From: an uncultured delta proteobacterium
Lineage (GTDB): Bacteria; Myxococcota; Kuafuiibacteriia; Kuafuiibacteriales; Kuafuiibacteriaceae
Direction of reading: 5' to 3'
Assembly: GCA_963803435.1 (NCBI GenBank)
Contig: CAWDML010000008.1
Location: 288,001-352,000 of the forward strand
DNA: 64,000 nt
The notes below the pieces were generated by a model. It worked only from the letters and a program-made list of their open reading frames with translations, had not been told where the DNA came from and made no database searches. Positions 1-10,292 of this stretch are shown one piece after another; the stretch's first letter is position 1, and each line of letters begins with the position of its first letter. Position numbers and translations under genes: made by a program.

Positions 1-2
1 CC

Positions 3-452
3 ACCACGCGCCAGGCTTCGAGCAAGAACCCGCTCGGCCGGATCATGTCCGTCTACCAGTCGCACGCCGGCGTCGATCCCGAGACGCTCGAGAAGAAGAT
101 GGACGAGGCGATCATCCGCGAGACCTCGCGGCTCGAGAGCCTGCTGTGGTTGGTCAAGGTGGTGTCGGTCGCGGCGCCGCTGCTCGGTCTCCTCGGCACG
201 GTCACCGGCATGATCGCGACGTTCCAGGCGATCACGCTGTTCGGCACCGGCGATCCGAAGCTGATGGCCGGCGGCATCTCGGAGGCCCTGGTCACCACCA
301 TGATCGGGCTGTTCGTCGCGATCCCGCTGGTCGTGCTGTACGCGGCGCTCACCAGCACGCTCCGGCGCATCACCGATGTCCTCGACGAGCAGAGCGTCGG
401 GCTGGTCGCGCTGGCCGCCGAGCAGAGCCACGCGGAGACCGGCGATCAATGA
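3..452 (+). CDS. MotA/TolQ/ExbB proton-channel protein (TtpC-like), 5' end outside window
   Basis: Frame open from the window edge (..KNPLGRIMSVY..); APLLGLLGTVTGMI..F..I..G.GDPKLMAGGISEALVTT motif. Confidence 0.9.
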   Translation, partial: TTRQASSKNPLGRIMSVYQSHAGVDPETLEKKMDEAIIRETSRLESLLWLVKVVSVAAPLLGLLGTVTGMIATFQAITLFGTGDPKLMAGGISEALVTTMIGLFVAIPLVVLYAALTSTLRRITDVLDEQSVGLVALAAEQSHAETGDQ

Positions 453-964
453 ACCGGCTCTACATCAACTTCCTCGAGATCACCGAGCTCGGGGGGATCA
501 TCATGGGGCCGCTCTTCGTGGTCTGCCTCGTGATGTGGACGCTGATCGTGGAGCGGTTCGTCTACTTCTGGTTCTTCCACGCCCGGGTGGTGGCCGAGAC
601 CAAGGCGATGTGGCGCGACCGCACCGACAAGCGCTCCTGGTACGCGGCCCGGATCCGGGAGCTCTGGATCTCGCGCGTGTCATCGCGGGCGCGGGGCTGG
701 ACCGACGTCATCGGCACGCTGGTCAGCGTCTGCCCGCTGCTCGGCCTGCTCGGGACGGTGCTCGGGATGCTCGAGGTCTTCCATTCGATCGCGGTCTCGG
801 GTCACGGAAACGTGCGCGCGATGGCGGCCGGCGTCTCCGAGGCCACGGTGTCGACGATGGCCGGGCTGATCGCGGCGCTGTCGGGGATGTTCTTCGGGAT
901 CCGGCTGGTCCGGCGCGTCGAGCAGGAGCGCCGTCGGATCGACGACCTCCTGGTGATCGAGTGA
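449..964 (+). CDS. exbB: MotA/TolQ/ExbB family protein
   Basis: ATG at 449 overlaps upstream stop (ATGA); CPLLGLLGTVLGM..F and MAAGVSEATVSTMAG motifs. Confidence 0.9.
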   Translation: MNRLYINFLEITELGGIIMGPLFVVCLVMWTLIVERFVYFWFFHARVVAETKAMWRDRTDKRSWYAARIRELWISRVSSRARGWTDVIGTLVSVCPLLGLLGTVLGMLEVFHSIAVSGHGNVRAMAAGVSEATVSTMAGLIAALSGMFFGIRLVRRVEQERRRIDDLLVIE

Positions 965-971
965 GGAGCCC

Positions 972-1386
972 ATGAGCAGGCGGAGAACTTCGTCATCGAG
1001 CGAGGATGAGGCGAGCATCGATTCTCACGCCCATCATCGACATGTCGTTCATCATGCTGATCTTCTTCATCGTCACCGCGTCCTTCATCAAGGAGTCCGG
1101 GATCGACGTGAACAAGCCCGGTGCGGTGACCGCGGAGCGGAAGGAGCGGGCTTCCATCCTGGTGGCGATCGATCCCGAAGGCACCGTGTGGATCGACAAG
1201 CGCGCCGTCGACATCCGGGCGGTCCGCGCGAACATCGAGCGGCTGCACGCCGAGAACCCCCAGGGCTCCGTCGTCATCCAGGCCGACAAGGACTCGAAGA
1301 ACGGCATCCTCGTCCATGTGATGGACGCGGCGCGGCAGGCGGGCGTCGACAACGTCTCGCTGGCCGCGGAACCGACCGAGGAGTGA
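972..1386 (+). CDS. exbD: ExbD/TolR biopolymer transport protein with +1 frameshift near 1022 (probable assembly indel)
   Basis: GAGGAG RBS before ATG 972; removing one T from ATCGATTCTCACG gives canonical SIDLTPIIDMSFIMLIFFIVTASF; VVIQADK..VMDAARQAG C-terminus. Confidence 0.88.
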
Positions 1387-1389
1387 GTC

Positions 1390-2007
1390 GTGGGCTTTGG
1401 GCGGTATGCGGCAGCCTTCGCGATGTCGTGCCTGATCGTCTTCGGGCTGTTTCAGTTCATGCATCGCATGGTGACGTTCGCCGAGGCCTCGCTGCGAGAG
1501 CGCAAGTCGATGGGCCGCATCGACTTCGTGCGGTTGCGCCGGGAGTCGTCCACCCAGAAGAAGGAGCGCACGCTCCCTCAGAAGCCCTCGGCGAAGCAGC
1601 AGCCCGAGGCCCCCAAGATGCAGATGCCCACCGTCGGCGGGCCGGGGGCCACCTCGATCGCCGTCGACGCGCCGCCGATGGACACGAAGGTCGACATGCA
1701 GGGTGGGCTCGATCTGGGCGCCGCGTCGAGCGACACCGAAGCGGTCCCGGTGGTGCGCGTCGAGCCGATCTATCCCCAGATCGCCGCCCAGCGGAGCATG
1801 GAGGGCTGGGTGCTGCTCAAGTTCGACATCGGACCCTCGGGGAACGTCCAGAACGCCAAGGTGGTGGAGTCGGATCCGCCGCGCATCTTCGACGAGGCGG
1901 CGCTCAACGCGGTGAAGAAGTGGAAGTACAAGCCGCAGGTCCGGGAAGGTAAGCCGCTCACGACCCGCGGCATCACGGTCCGCCTCACCTTCAAGCTGGA
2001 GAAATGA
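1390..2007 (+). CDS. tonB: Energy transducer TonB
   Basis: N-terminal TM helix, Pro/Lys linker, C-terminal PIYPQIA..EGWVLLKFDI..G.V..FDEAALNAVKKWKYKP. Confidence 0.92.
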   Translation: MGFGRYAAAFAMSCLIVFGLFQFMHRMVTFAEASLRERKSMGRIDFVRLRRESSTQKKERTLPQKPSAKQQPEAPKMQMPTVGGPGATSIAVDAPPMDTKVDMQGGLDLGAASSDTEAVPVVRVEPIYPQIAAQRSMEGWVLLKFDIGPSGNVQNAKVVESDPPRIFDEAALNAVKKWKYKPQVREGKPLTTRGITVRLTFKLEK

Positions 2008-3224
2008 TGCGTGCCGCCGTCCCTCTGCTCCTGGTGGGAGCGCTGCTGTCGGGTCCTGCCGCCCTCGCGGAAGAGGACGAGGACGCGCACAAGCAGTTCA
2101 CGGTGAGCCCCTGGGCGTACGAGCGCCTCAGCGAGGCCCACGAGCTGATCGGGAAGGGCAAGCTCGACAAGGCGATCGACGTCCTGGACGGGATCGAGCG
2201 CAAGCACCTCAACGATCACGAGAAGTCGCTGTGCCTGCAGGCCCGCAGCCACATCTTCGCGGCGAAGGAGAAGTTCAGCGAGGCCGCCAAGGTGCTGGAG
2301 CAGATGCTCGCGCTCAACGCGCTCCCCGACTCGACGCTTCAGCAGTCCCGCTACAACCTGGGCCAGCTCCACCTGGCGCTCAAGCAGTACGCGAAGGCGA
2401 TCCAGGTGTTCACCGCCTGGCTCAAGAAGGTCGAGAATCCCACGCCGGCGGCGTACTACACCATCGCTGTGGCCTATACGCAGGGGAAGCAGCTCCGGCC
2501 CGCGCTTCAGTACGCGCAGAAGGCGGTCAGCGGTACCAAGAGCCCTCAGGACAGCTGGCTCCAGCTCCTCCTGTCCCTTCAGTTCCAGCTCAAGGAGTTC
2601 GCGCCGGCGACGACGACGCTCAAGACACTGCTCGGCCGCCAGCCGAAGAAGAAGGTCTACTGGCTCCAGCTCGCATCCGCGTACGAGGAGCTCAAGGACC
2701 CGAAGCGTGCGCTCGCGGTCATGGAGCTCGCGTATCGGACCGACGTGCTCGAGCGACCGGACGAATACGTAAACTTAGTGCAACGCTTGATCTCACAAGG
2801 CGCCGCGGAGAAGGGCGCGAAGGTTCTCGAGGACGTGCTGCGCGACAAGAAGGTCCCCGAGAACGCGGACAACTTAAAGCTGTTGGCAAACGCCTGGCTA
2901 AATGCCAGAGAGCGAAAGAAGGCGCTCGAGTCGTTGAGCCGCCTGGCCAAGCTCGATTCGACGGGAAAGACGAACCTGCGGATCGCGCAGGTGAACATCG
3001 AGATGGAACGCTGGGATGAGGCCACTCGCGCGCTGAAGGCCGCCATCGCCAAGGGCGGACTGGACAACCCGGGGCAGGCCCATCTGCTGCTGGGTACGGT
3101 CTACGTCAACACGCAACGTTACGATGCCGCGCGCCAGGCATTTTCGGAAGCAAGAAAGTTCCAACAGACCGAGTCGTCGGCCACTCGATGGCTCGGCTAC
3201 CTAGAGAAACAGAAGAATCCGTAG
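2004..3224 (+). CDS. Exported tetratricopeptide-repeat protein of the TonB operon
   Basis: Signal peptide, repeated TPR-like helices (YNLGQLHLALKQYAKA; AHLLLGTVYVNTQRYDAA), overlaps tonB stop. Confidence 0.8.
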   Translation: MMRAAVPLLLVGALLSGPAALAEEDEDAHKQFTVSPWAYERLSEAHELIGKGKLDKAIDVLDGIERKHLNDHEKSLCLQARSHIFAAKEKFSEAAKVLEQMLALNALPDSTLQQSRYNLGQLHLALKQYAKAIQVFTAWLKKVENPTPAAYYTIAVAYTQGKQLRPALQYAQKAVSGTKSPQDSWLQLLLSLQFQLKEFAPATTTLKTLLGRQPKKKVYWLQLASAYEELKDPKRALAVMELAYRTDVLERPDEYVNLVQRLISQGAAEKGAKVLEDVLRDKKVPENADNLKLLANAWLNARERKKALESLSRLAKLDSTGKTNLRIAQVNIEMERWDEATRALKAAIAKGGLDNPGQAHLLLGTVYVNTQRYDAARQAFSEARKFQQTESSATRWLGYLEKQKNP

Positions 3225-3254
3225 GGACGGCCAAGTATTCAAGGGAGGAAGAGA

Positions 3255-6224
3255 ATGCGCCGAGCTCCAAAGACATTAAGAAGGAGTCTTCGAATCGGTG
3301 GGAGAGTAGTCCTGGCGACCGCGCTCCTGGGATTGAGCGCCGGCTCAGCCCAGGCGCAGGACGTCGGCACCTCGTCCGCCAGCGAGATGCCGCCGCCGAT
3401 GGAGCCCCCACCGGCGGAACCACCGACCGCCGACGCGACCCCGCCGCCGGCCCCCGTGGCCCCGACGGAGGCCGAGAAGAAGAACGCCGAAGAGCTGGTC
3501 GTCACCGGATCGCGCATCAAGCGCGTCGATCTCGTGACGCCCGCGCCCGTCGCCGTTCTGACCAAGGAAGAGTTCCAGGACTCCGGCCTGTCGTCGATCG
3601 GCCAGATCCTGCAGAACCTGCCCTCGCAGTCGAACGCCATCAACGTCCAGTTCAACAACGGCGGTGACGGCTCGACCCGCGTCGCGCTCCGCGGCGTGGG
3701 CGACGCCCGCACGCTGGTGCTCCTCAACGGGCGCCGGTTCGTGGCCGGCGGTCTGGGCGCCGATCCCTCCGTCGATCTCAACGCGATCCCGATCTCTATC
3801 ATCGATCGCGTCGAGGTCCTGAAGGACGGCGCGTCCGCCATCTACGGTTCGGACGCCATCGGCGGCGTGGTCAACATCATCACGAAGAAGGACTTCTCCG
3901 GCGTGGAGGGCGCGGTCTACACCGGCAGCGGCCAGGTCGGCGGGCTCATCTACGACCTCTCGCTGACGGCCGGCCACACCAGCGACCGCGGCAACGTCCT
4001 CTTGTCGTTCAGCTACTACAACCAGGGCGACATCTTCGCGGGCGACCGCGACTTCTCGAACCCCGATCGCGACATCGACTACGCGTCGGGCGAGATCATC
4101 TCGCTGGGGTCGAGCTCGATCCCGCAGACGCTGATCACCGATTACGGTCCGGACGAAGGCTGCGACGGCTGCGGCAACGCGGCCTGGCAGGCGGTCGTCG
4201 CCACGGATCCCGAGGGTGGACAGTACCTCAACGACAAGCAGAACGGCGGCTGGCGTCCCTATGACGGGAGCGGCACGATGGATACCGGCGAGGGCGATCA
4301 GTACAACTATCAGCCGGAGAACTATCTCCTCACGCCGCAGACCCGCTACAGCCTGTTCGCCACCGGTAACTACGAGCTGGTCAAGCGCATGGTCAACGTG
4401 TTCGGCGAGGCGTCCTACACGAACCGGCAGTCGGATCAGCTCCTCGCGCCGGAGCCGCTCTTCACCATCACGGAGGGCATCGTCACCTCCGCCAACAACC
4501 CGTACAACCCGTTCGGACGTGACTTCATCGACATTCGGCGCCGACTCGTCGAGGCCGGTGATCGCCGCTTCCTCGAGGACGTGGACACCTACCGCGCGGT
4601 GGTGGGCATCAACGGCGGGCTGCCGGAGGGCATGAGCGTGCTCAGCGACTGGACCTGGGACGCGTCGTTCATCTACGGCCGCACCGAGGGCACCCAGACG
4701 AAGCAGGGCAGCGTGGTTCGCAGCCGGCTGATCAACGCGCTCGGACCGGGTTACATCGACGGCGACGGCGTGGCCCAGTGCGGCTCGCCGGACGCGCCCA
4801 TCGACGGCTGTGTACCGCTGGATCTGTTCGGCGGTGAAGGCGCCATCACGCCCGAGATGCTGCGATACATCCAGTACACCGGCGTGGCGCGCGGCTTCTC
4901 GCAGCAGCAGATCGTCGATGTCGGTATCGGCGGTCCGCTGTTCAGCCTCCTCGATCACGACGTCGGTCTGGCCATCGGGTACGAGTGGCGTCGTGAGGAG
5001 GGCGGGTTCCAGCCCGATCCGCTCACCGCCTCCGGCGACACCACCGGCAACAAGGGTGAGGCCACCCTGGGCAACTATCGGACGAACGCGGTGTACGGCG
5101 AGCTGGACATTCCGCTCGCGTTCAACGTCCCCGCGATCGAGCTGTTCGAGCTGACCGGCGCCCTCCGGTTCGTCAACTACAATACGTTCGGCTCCGAGCT
5201 GACGTGGAAGGCCGGCGCGCGCTGGCAGCTGTTCGAGCACCTGGCGCTCCGTGGCTCGGCCTCACGGTCGTTCCGCGGGCCGTCGGTCTCGGAGCTCTTC
5301 TCTGGTCAGGCGGACGACTTCCCGAACGTCTCGGATCCTTGCGCGGATCCGCAGACCGACGTCCAGACGGCCAACTGCACGGCGGACGGCGTTCTCAACA
5401 ACGACAACCGCACCCAGCTCCCGGCTCGCGTCGGCGGCAACCCGGATCTCGGCGCCGAGACGGCGGACGTGTTCACCGCGGGCGTCGTGTTCACGCCGAA
5501 GTTCGGGCGGTACCTCGACGGCCTGTCGGTCACGGTCGACTACTGGAACCTCGCCATCGACAACGCGATTCAGCCTGCGGGCGCGAACGTGCTCCTGGCG
5601 AACTGCTACAACAAGTCGGGCGCGGACCGGACGGACTGCGACAAGATCGTCCGCGGCGCGGGCAATCTGATCACGAGCATCGTCGACACCGAGACCAACG
5701 TCGGCGGCACGCGCACGGCGGGCATCGACATGGGCCTCATCTACCGGATCCCGACGGACATCGGGAACTTCCGCTACTCGTTCGAGGCCACCTGGCTGCA
5801 GAAGTACAACACCATTCAGCCGGACGGCTCGATCATCACGGGCAAGGGCGTGTACGACCTGGGTGTGTATCCGGACTGGAAGTTCAACACCACGCTGAGC
5901 TACGGCATCAAGGGCTTCGCGATCGGCTTCAATGTTCGCTTCGTGAACGGCTTCAAGGAGTGCGAGGGCGATATCTGCACTCCGGATCCGGACACGGGTG
6001 AGATCCCGCCGCAGCGCAACGTGGACTCGTGGGTGAGCGGAGACGTGTTCGCCAGCTACCAGCTCGCTTGGGACTGGGGCTTGACGGACCTCTCGGCTGG
6101 CATCAACAACATCGCGAATGCGACGCCGCCGTTCATCGACAACGGTTTCCTCGCAAACTCGGATGCCTCCACCTACGACTACATCGGCCGGTACTTCTAC
6201 TTCCGTCTCGGCCATACCTTCTAA
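3255..6224 (+). CDS. TonB-dependent outer-membrane receptor
   Basis: TonB box EELVVTGSRI, plug RTLVLLNGRR..DLNAIP..IDRVEVLKDGASAIYGSDAIGGVVNIIT, C-terminal Phe. Confidence 0.95.
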   Translation: MRRAPKTLRRSLRIGGRVVLATALLGLSAGSAQAQDVGTSSASEMPPPMEPPPAEPPTADATPPPAPVAPTEAEKKNAEELVVTGSRIKRVDLVTPAPVAVLTKEEFQDSGLSSIGQILQNLPSQSNAINVQFNNGGDGSTRVALRGVGDARTLVLLNGRRFVAGGLGADPSVDLNAIPISIIDRVEVLKDGASAIYGSDAIGGVVNIITKKDFSGVEGAVYTGSGQVGGLIYDLSLTAGHTSDRGNVLLSFSYYNQGDIFAGDRDFSNPDRDIDYASGEIISLGSSSIPQTLITDYGPDEGCDGCGNAAWQAVVATDPEGGQYLNDKQNGGWRPYDGSGTMDTGEGDQYNYQPENYLLTPQTRYSLFATGNYELVKRMVNVFGEASYTNRQSDQLLAPEPLFTITEGIVTSANNPYNPFGRDFIDIRRRLVEAGDRRFLEDVDTYRAVVGINGGLPEGMSVLSDWTWDASFIYGRTEGTQTKQGSVVRSRLINALGPGYIDGDGVAQCGSPDAPIDGCVPLDLFGGEGAITPEMLRYIQYTGVARGFSQQQIVDVGIGGPLFSLLDHDVGLAIGYEWRREEGGFQPDPLTASGDTTGNKGEATLGNYRTNAVYGELDIPLAFNVPAIELFELTGALRFVNYNTFGSELTWKAGARWQLFEHLALRGSASRSFRGPSVSELFSGQADDFPNVSDPCADPQTDVQTANCTADGVLNNDNRTQLPARVGGNPDLGAETADVFTAGVVFTPKFGRYLDGLSVTVDYWNLAIDNAIQPAGANVLLANCYNKSGADRTDCDKIVRGAGNLITSIVDTETNVGGTRTAGIDMGLIYRIPTDIGNFRYSFEATWLQKYNTIQPDGSIITGKGVYDLGVYPDWKFNTTLSYGIKGFAIGFNVRFVNGFKECEGDICTPDPDTGEIPPQRNVDSWVSGDVFASYQLAWDWGLTDLSAGINNIANATPPFIDNGFLANSDASTYDYIGRYFYFRLGHTF

Positions 6225-6246
6225 GCTCGACTCGGTTCACAACCCA

Positions 6247-6276
6247 CCTCGAGGGCGCGTGACGGCGCCCTCGAGG
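6247..6276 (+). terminator. Perfect 12-bp stem-loop after the receptor gene
   Basis: CCTCGAGGGCGC-gtgacg-GCGCCCTCGAGG; no U-tract, so terminator or mRNA-stabilising hairpin. Confidence 0.55.
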
Positions 6277-6301
6277 GTCGACACGGATCCATGGCGGCGT
6301 T

Positions 6302-8176
6302 ATGGACGTCACCATGCGCATTCCTCCAGCTCTGTTATTTCTCGCGCCCCTCACGCTGCTCTCGAGCGGGGCCTCGGCGCAGGTCCTGGTCACGGAGGTT
6401 CAAGCCAACCCGATCTCGGGGCCCGACAATGACGAGTGGGTCGAGATCCAGAACACCGGGACGGCCTCGGTGAGCCTCGACGGATGGTCCCTCCACGACT
6501 ACGTCGGCAACACGAATCCCACCAACGAATCGGACACGCGGTGGACCTTCCCGGCCGGGTCCTGGATCGACGCCGGTGAGGTGATCGTGGTGGCGCGCCA
6601 GGCGCTCGCCTTCAGCGACTCGCTGGGCGAGATCGCGACCTGGGAGCTGGCGAGCGGCAACGATGATCCGAACGTCCCCAACCTCATGCCCGTCGGGGGC
6701 AACAATTCGATCCAGCTCTCCAACGCCGGCACCGGCGACGCCGTGGTCCTCGAGGACGACCAGGGGAGCATCGTCTCCTACGTGGAGTGGGGCTCGCTCG
6801 ATCGGAGCGTGCCCGGGCTTCCGTTCACTGCGATCGCGCCCGAGGGCGAGTCGCTGGTCCGCATCGACACCACCGGGAGCAGCGCGCAGGACTTCGTCAT
6901 CGCGGTGACACCCACGCCGTTCGTCGGGTTCATGAGCTCGGCCACGCTGATCGTCAACACCACGGTCGCGCCACGGCACGCGATCTACGGCCGGCCCTAC
7001 GATGTGACCACGACGGTGATGGACTCCGATGGGATCAACACGGTCGACATCTACTTCTCCACCGCCACCTCCTCCTCCGGCAACGCGGTGATGAACTACA
7101 TCCCGACGACGATGACCTCGAGCGGGAGCACGTACACGTTTGGCAGCACCGAGGTGAACAACCTGGGCGCCGGGCTCGACTTCCCCGAGCCGGCCAGCTT
7201 CCACGAGCGCTACCTCCGCTTCTTCATCCTGGCCGAGGACAACAACCTCGACCTGACCAGCGAGCCGCCCGGTGCGGACGAGGGCGCGAACAACGCCAGC
7301 TATCTTCCGTCCTACGTGCAGAACGTCCTCCCCACGACGCCCACGCCGATCTCGGAGGCCCGGGAGCCGGTGGCGGAGGACGTGCCGGCCTGGATCGGGC
7401 ATTCGGTGCGCGTGCGCGGCGTCGCGCTGATCGGCCCGCACGTCATGGATCCGGCCCGCACCCTCTTCACGCTCCAGGACAGCAGCAACGCGGCGATCGC
7501 GTACTTCTCGACCTCCTCCACCGCGCCGGCCTTCTCCGAGGGCGACGAGCTGGTGGTTACCGGCTCGATCAACGCGTTCCGCGGGAGCACGCAGCTCGAG
7601 GAGGGCGACATCGAGCTGACCGGCGCGACCGGCACAGTGCCCGAGGTCAACCTGACGCTCGAGCAGATCATCGCCGACGGGGAGCAGTACGAGGAGCAGC
7701 TGGTGAAGATCGACGACATCGACTTCGTCGCTCCGCGTGCCACCTGGCCGAGCGATCCGAACGACCTGGGGAGCTGGAACGTCCCCATCACCGATGGCAC
7801 CAATCAGGTGACGCTGCGCGTGACGACCGGCGCCGACATCTTCGGCCAGGCGGCGCCGCAATACGGGTTCGACGTGCGCGGCGTGCTGAACGAGCGCGAT
7901 GGGCAGTGGCAGATCTTCCCGCGTGGTGCGGGTGACATCTCGGCGCACCCGATGCCGCCCCCGACCGACGGCGGCGTGGTGGGGATGGACGGCAGCACCG
8001 GGGGCCCCGACGGCGGCGGCAATCGCCCGGACGCGGGGAGTGGAAGCGACGCGGGCACCAGCAACCCGGACGAGGGCGGCTGTGGATGCACCTCGACCCC
8101 CGGGCCCGCACACGGCGGCGGCGCGGTGTTCGGTTTGCTCCTCCTGGGGCTCTTCTTCTTCCGGCGGCGGAATTGA
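6302..8176 (+). CDS. Surface protein with lamin-tail domain, OB-fold-like region and MYXO-CTERM sorting signal
   Basis: VLVTEV..NP..DEWVEIQNTG..SLDGWSL.D; C-terminal GGCGC..FGLLLLGLFFFRRR. Confidence 0.8.
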   Translation: MDVTMRIPPALLFLAPLTLLSSGASAQVLVTEVQANPISGPDNDEWVEIQNTGTASVSLDGWSLHDYVGNTNPTNESDTRWTFPAGSWIDAGEVIVVARQALAFSDSLGEIATWELASGNDDPNVPNLMPVGGNNSIQLSNAGTGDAVVLEDDQGSIVSYVEWGSLDRSVPGLPFTAIAPEGESLVRIDTTGSSAQDFVIAVTPTPFVGFMSSATLIVNTTVAPRHAIYGRPYDVTTTVMDSDGINTVDIYFSTATSSSGNAVMNYIPTTMTSSGSTYTFGSTEVNNLGAGLDFPEPASFHERYLRFFILAEDNNLDLTSEPPGADEGANNASYLPSYVQNVLPTTPTPISEAREPVAEDVPAWIGHSVRVRGVALIGPHVMDPARTLFTLQDSSNAAIAYFSTSSTAPAFSEGDELVVTGSINAFRGSTQLEEGDIELTGATGTVPEVNLTLEQIIADGEQYEEQLVKIDDIDFVAPRATWPSDPNDLGSWNVPITDGTNQVTLRVTTGADIFGQAAPQYGFDVRGVLNERDGQWQIFPRGAGDISAHPMPPPTDGGVVGMDGSTGGPDGGGNRPDAGSGSDAGTSNPDEGGCGCTSTPGPAHGGGAVFGLLLLGLFFFRRRN

Positions 8177-8193
8177 GGTAACACAATGGCCCG

Positions 8194-9693
8194 GTGACCA
8201 TCGATAGCACCGCGGCTGCTGCGATCGACCTCGGGTCCAACAGCTTTCACATGATCGTCGGCCGTCTCGAGGGCGGCTCGCTCCAGATCATCGACAAGAT
8301 GCGGGAGCGGGTCCGCCTCGGTGCAGGCCTCGACTCGAACCGCAACCTCACGCCGGAGGCGTCCGCCCGCGCGCTCGACTGTCTCAAGCGCATGGGTGAG
8401 CGCGTCCGCGAGATGCCGCGGGGGCGCGTCCGTGCGGTCGGCACGAACACGCTTCGACAAGCGAGGAACGGCGCCGAGTTCCTCGAGGAGGCGGAGGCAG
8501 CGCTCGGACATCCCGTCGAGGTGATCGCGGGCCGCGAGGAAGCGCGTCTGATCTATCTGGGCGCGGCGAAGATGAGCCCCAACGAGGGGCGCCGTCTGGT
8601 GGTCGACATCGGGGGCGGCTCCACCGAGTGCATCATCGGCGAGCGGCTCGACATCACGGTGGCCGACAGCCTCTTCATGGGTTGTGTGAGCTACTCGCTC
8701 AGGTTCTTCGGTGACGACAAGATCTCCGAGAAGAAATACGAGAAGGCGATGCTCTCCGCCGAGCTCGAGCTGGAGACGATCGCGAAGCAGTACCAGGCCG
8801 TCGCCTGGCAGACCTCGATCGGGTGCTCCGGGACCATCCACGCCATCAACAACATCCTGAAGACGAACGGCTGGGCGCCCGACGGGATCACGGCCAAGGG
8901 GATCAAGAAGCTCAGGAAGGAGCTGATCGATCAGGGGAGCGTCGACAAGCTCTCCATCCCCGGGTTGGAGCCCGACCGCAAGCCGGTGATCGCCGGAGGT
9001 ACGGCGATCCTCGACGCCGTGTTCAGCGTGCTCGGGATCGAGAGGATGCGGCCTTCCCCTGGAGCGCTTCGGGAGGGCGTGCTGTTCGATCTCTTCGGAC
9101 GAATCGCACACGAGGACATCCGCGACGTCACCATCCAAACGTTCGTGGATCGGTATCGGGTCGACGTCGCTCAGGCCGATCACGTCGCGCAGACTGCGCT
9201 GCATCTGCTCGACCAGGTGTCGGAGGACTGGAAGCTCAACCTCGAGCGTTCGCGCCAGCTGCTCTCCTGGGCCGCTCACCTCTACGAGATCGGGCTGACC
9301 GTGTCACACACCGGATATCAGAAGCATGGGGCGTATCTGGTGGAGAACTCCGACATGGCGGGATTCTCGCGCCTGGAGCAGTCGACGCTGGCCGTCCTGG
9401 TGGGAGGCCACCGGCGCAAGATCAAGCCCGAGCTGTTCGCACACCTCCCCAAGGCTGATGTGGCGGAGGTGATGAAGCTCCTCGGGATCTTCCGCCTGGC
9501 CACCCGCCTGAACCGCAGTCGCTCGACCGATCCGTCCGAGATCTTCCTCACCGCCAGCGGCGACACCCTGACCTTGCTCGTGCCGCGGTCCTGGCTGGAC
9601 CGCCACCCGCTCACCCGCGAGGACCTCCAGGGCCAGCAGGAGCGGTTCCGCGCCATCGGGATCCGCTTCGAGCTTCAAGAGATCGCGAACTGA
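8194..9693 (+). CDS. ppx: Exopolyphosphatase Ppx/GppA
   Basis: AAIDLGSNSFHM, GREEARLIY, VVDIGGGSTE, GALREG motifs; HD-like C-terminal domain. Confidence 0.95.
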   Translation: MTIDSTAAAAIDLGSNSFHMIVGRLEGGSLQIIDKMRERVRLGAGLDSNRNLTPEASARALDCLKRMGERVREMPRGRVRAVGTNTLRQARNGAEFLEEAEAALGHPVEVIAGREEARLIYLGAAKMSPNEGRRLVVDIGGGSTECIIGERLDITVADSLFMGCVSYSLRFFGDDKISEKKYEKAMLSAELELETIAKQYQAVAWQTSIGCSGTIHAINNILKTNGWAPDGITAKGIKKLRKELIDQGSVDKLSIPGLEPDRKPVIAGGTAILDAVFSVLGIERMRPSPGALREGVLFDLFGRIAHEDIRDVTIQTFVDRYRVDVAQADHVAQTALHLLDQVSEDWKLNLERSRQLLSWAAHLYEIGLTVSHTGYQKHGAYLVENSDMAGFSRLEQSTLAVLVGGHRRKIKPELFAHLPKADVAEVMKLLGIFRLATRLNRSRSTDPSEIFLTASGDTLTLLVPRSWLDRHPLTREDLQGQQERFRAIGIRFELQEIAN

Positions 9694-9704
9694 AGGAGTA
9701 ACCT

Positions 9705-10292
9705 CTGGCCGGGCCGGAGCATACCAGCTCGAAGGGGCAGAGCGACGAAGCGCTCATGTCGGCCTACGTCCGCGGGAGCACGGCGGCGTTCGAGGAGCTC
9801 TTTCAGCGCTACGCTCCGGCATTGAAGCGAATGATGCTGAAGAACCACTGCACCGAGGATCTCGCGCACGATCTGGTTCAGCAGGCCTTCTTTCAGCTCC
9901 ATCGAGCCCGCCTCGACTTCGATCCGGCACGGACCTTTCGCCCGTGGCTCTTCACCATCGCGATGAATCTCCTCCGCGGCCACTTCCGCGGGACGGCCCG
10001 CCGCCCCGAGTCCCCGCTCGAGGTCGACGGCGTCTCGGATCCTTCGGCCGAGGCCGTCGGCGTTTCGCGTCTGGTGGATGCGGAGGAGGCCCAGCGCGTG
10101 CGTGCCGCCGTGGCCCAGCTCCCCGACACCCAACGCGTCGTGATCGAGATGCACTGGTTCGAGGATCGGTCGTTCAAGGAGATCGCAGCCGCGGTCGGCG
10201 CCAGTCTCTCTGCGGTCAAGGTCCGCGCGCACCGCGGGTATCAAAGGCTCAAGACGCTGCTCGACGACCACGACGCGGAGGAGACAGCGTGA
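9705..10292 (+). CDS. ECF RNA polymerase sigma factor (start uncertain: CTG 9705 after AAGGAG, or ATG 9756)
   Basis: SDEALM..AFEELFQRY..AHDLVQQAF..FRPWLFTIAMN (region 2); SFKEIA..AVKVRAHRG (region 4). Confidence 0.9.
   Translation: MAGPEHTSSKGQSDEALMSAYVRGSTAAFEELFQRYAPALKRMMLKNHCTEDLAHDLVQQAFFQLHRARLDFDPARTFRPWLFTIAMNLLRGHFRGTARRPESPLEVDGVSDPSAEAVGVSRLVDAEEAQRVRAAVAQLPDTQRVVIEMHWFEDRSFKEIAAAVGASLSAVKVRAHRGYQRLKTLLDDHDAEETA

Noticed and set aside
1015-1030. Programmed frameshift in exbD
   Set aside because: No slippery heptamer or stimulatory structure; a doubled T fits the indel noise seen elsewhere.
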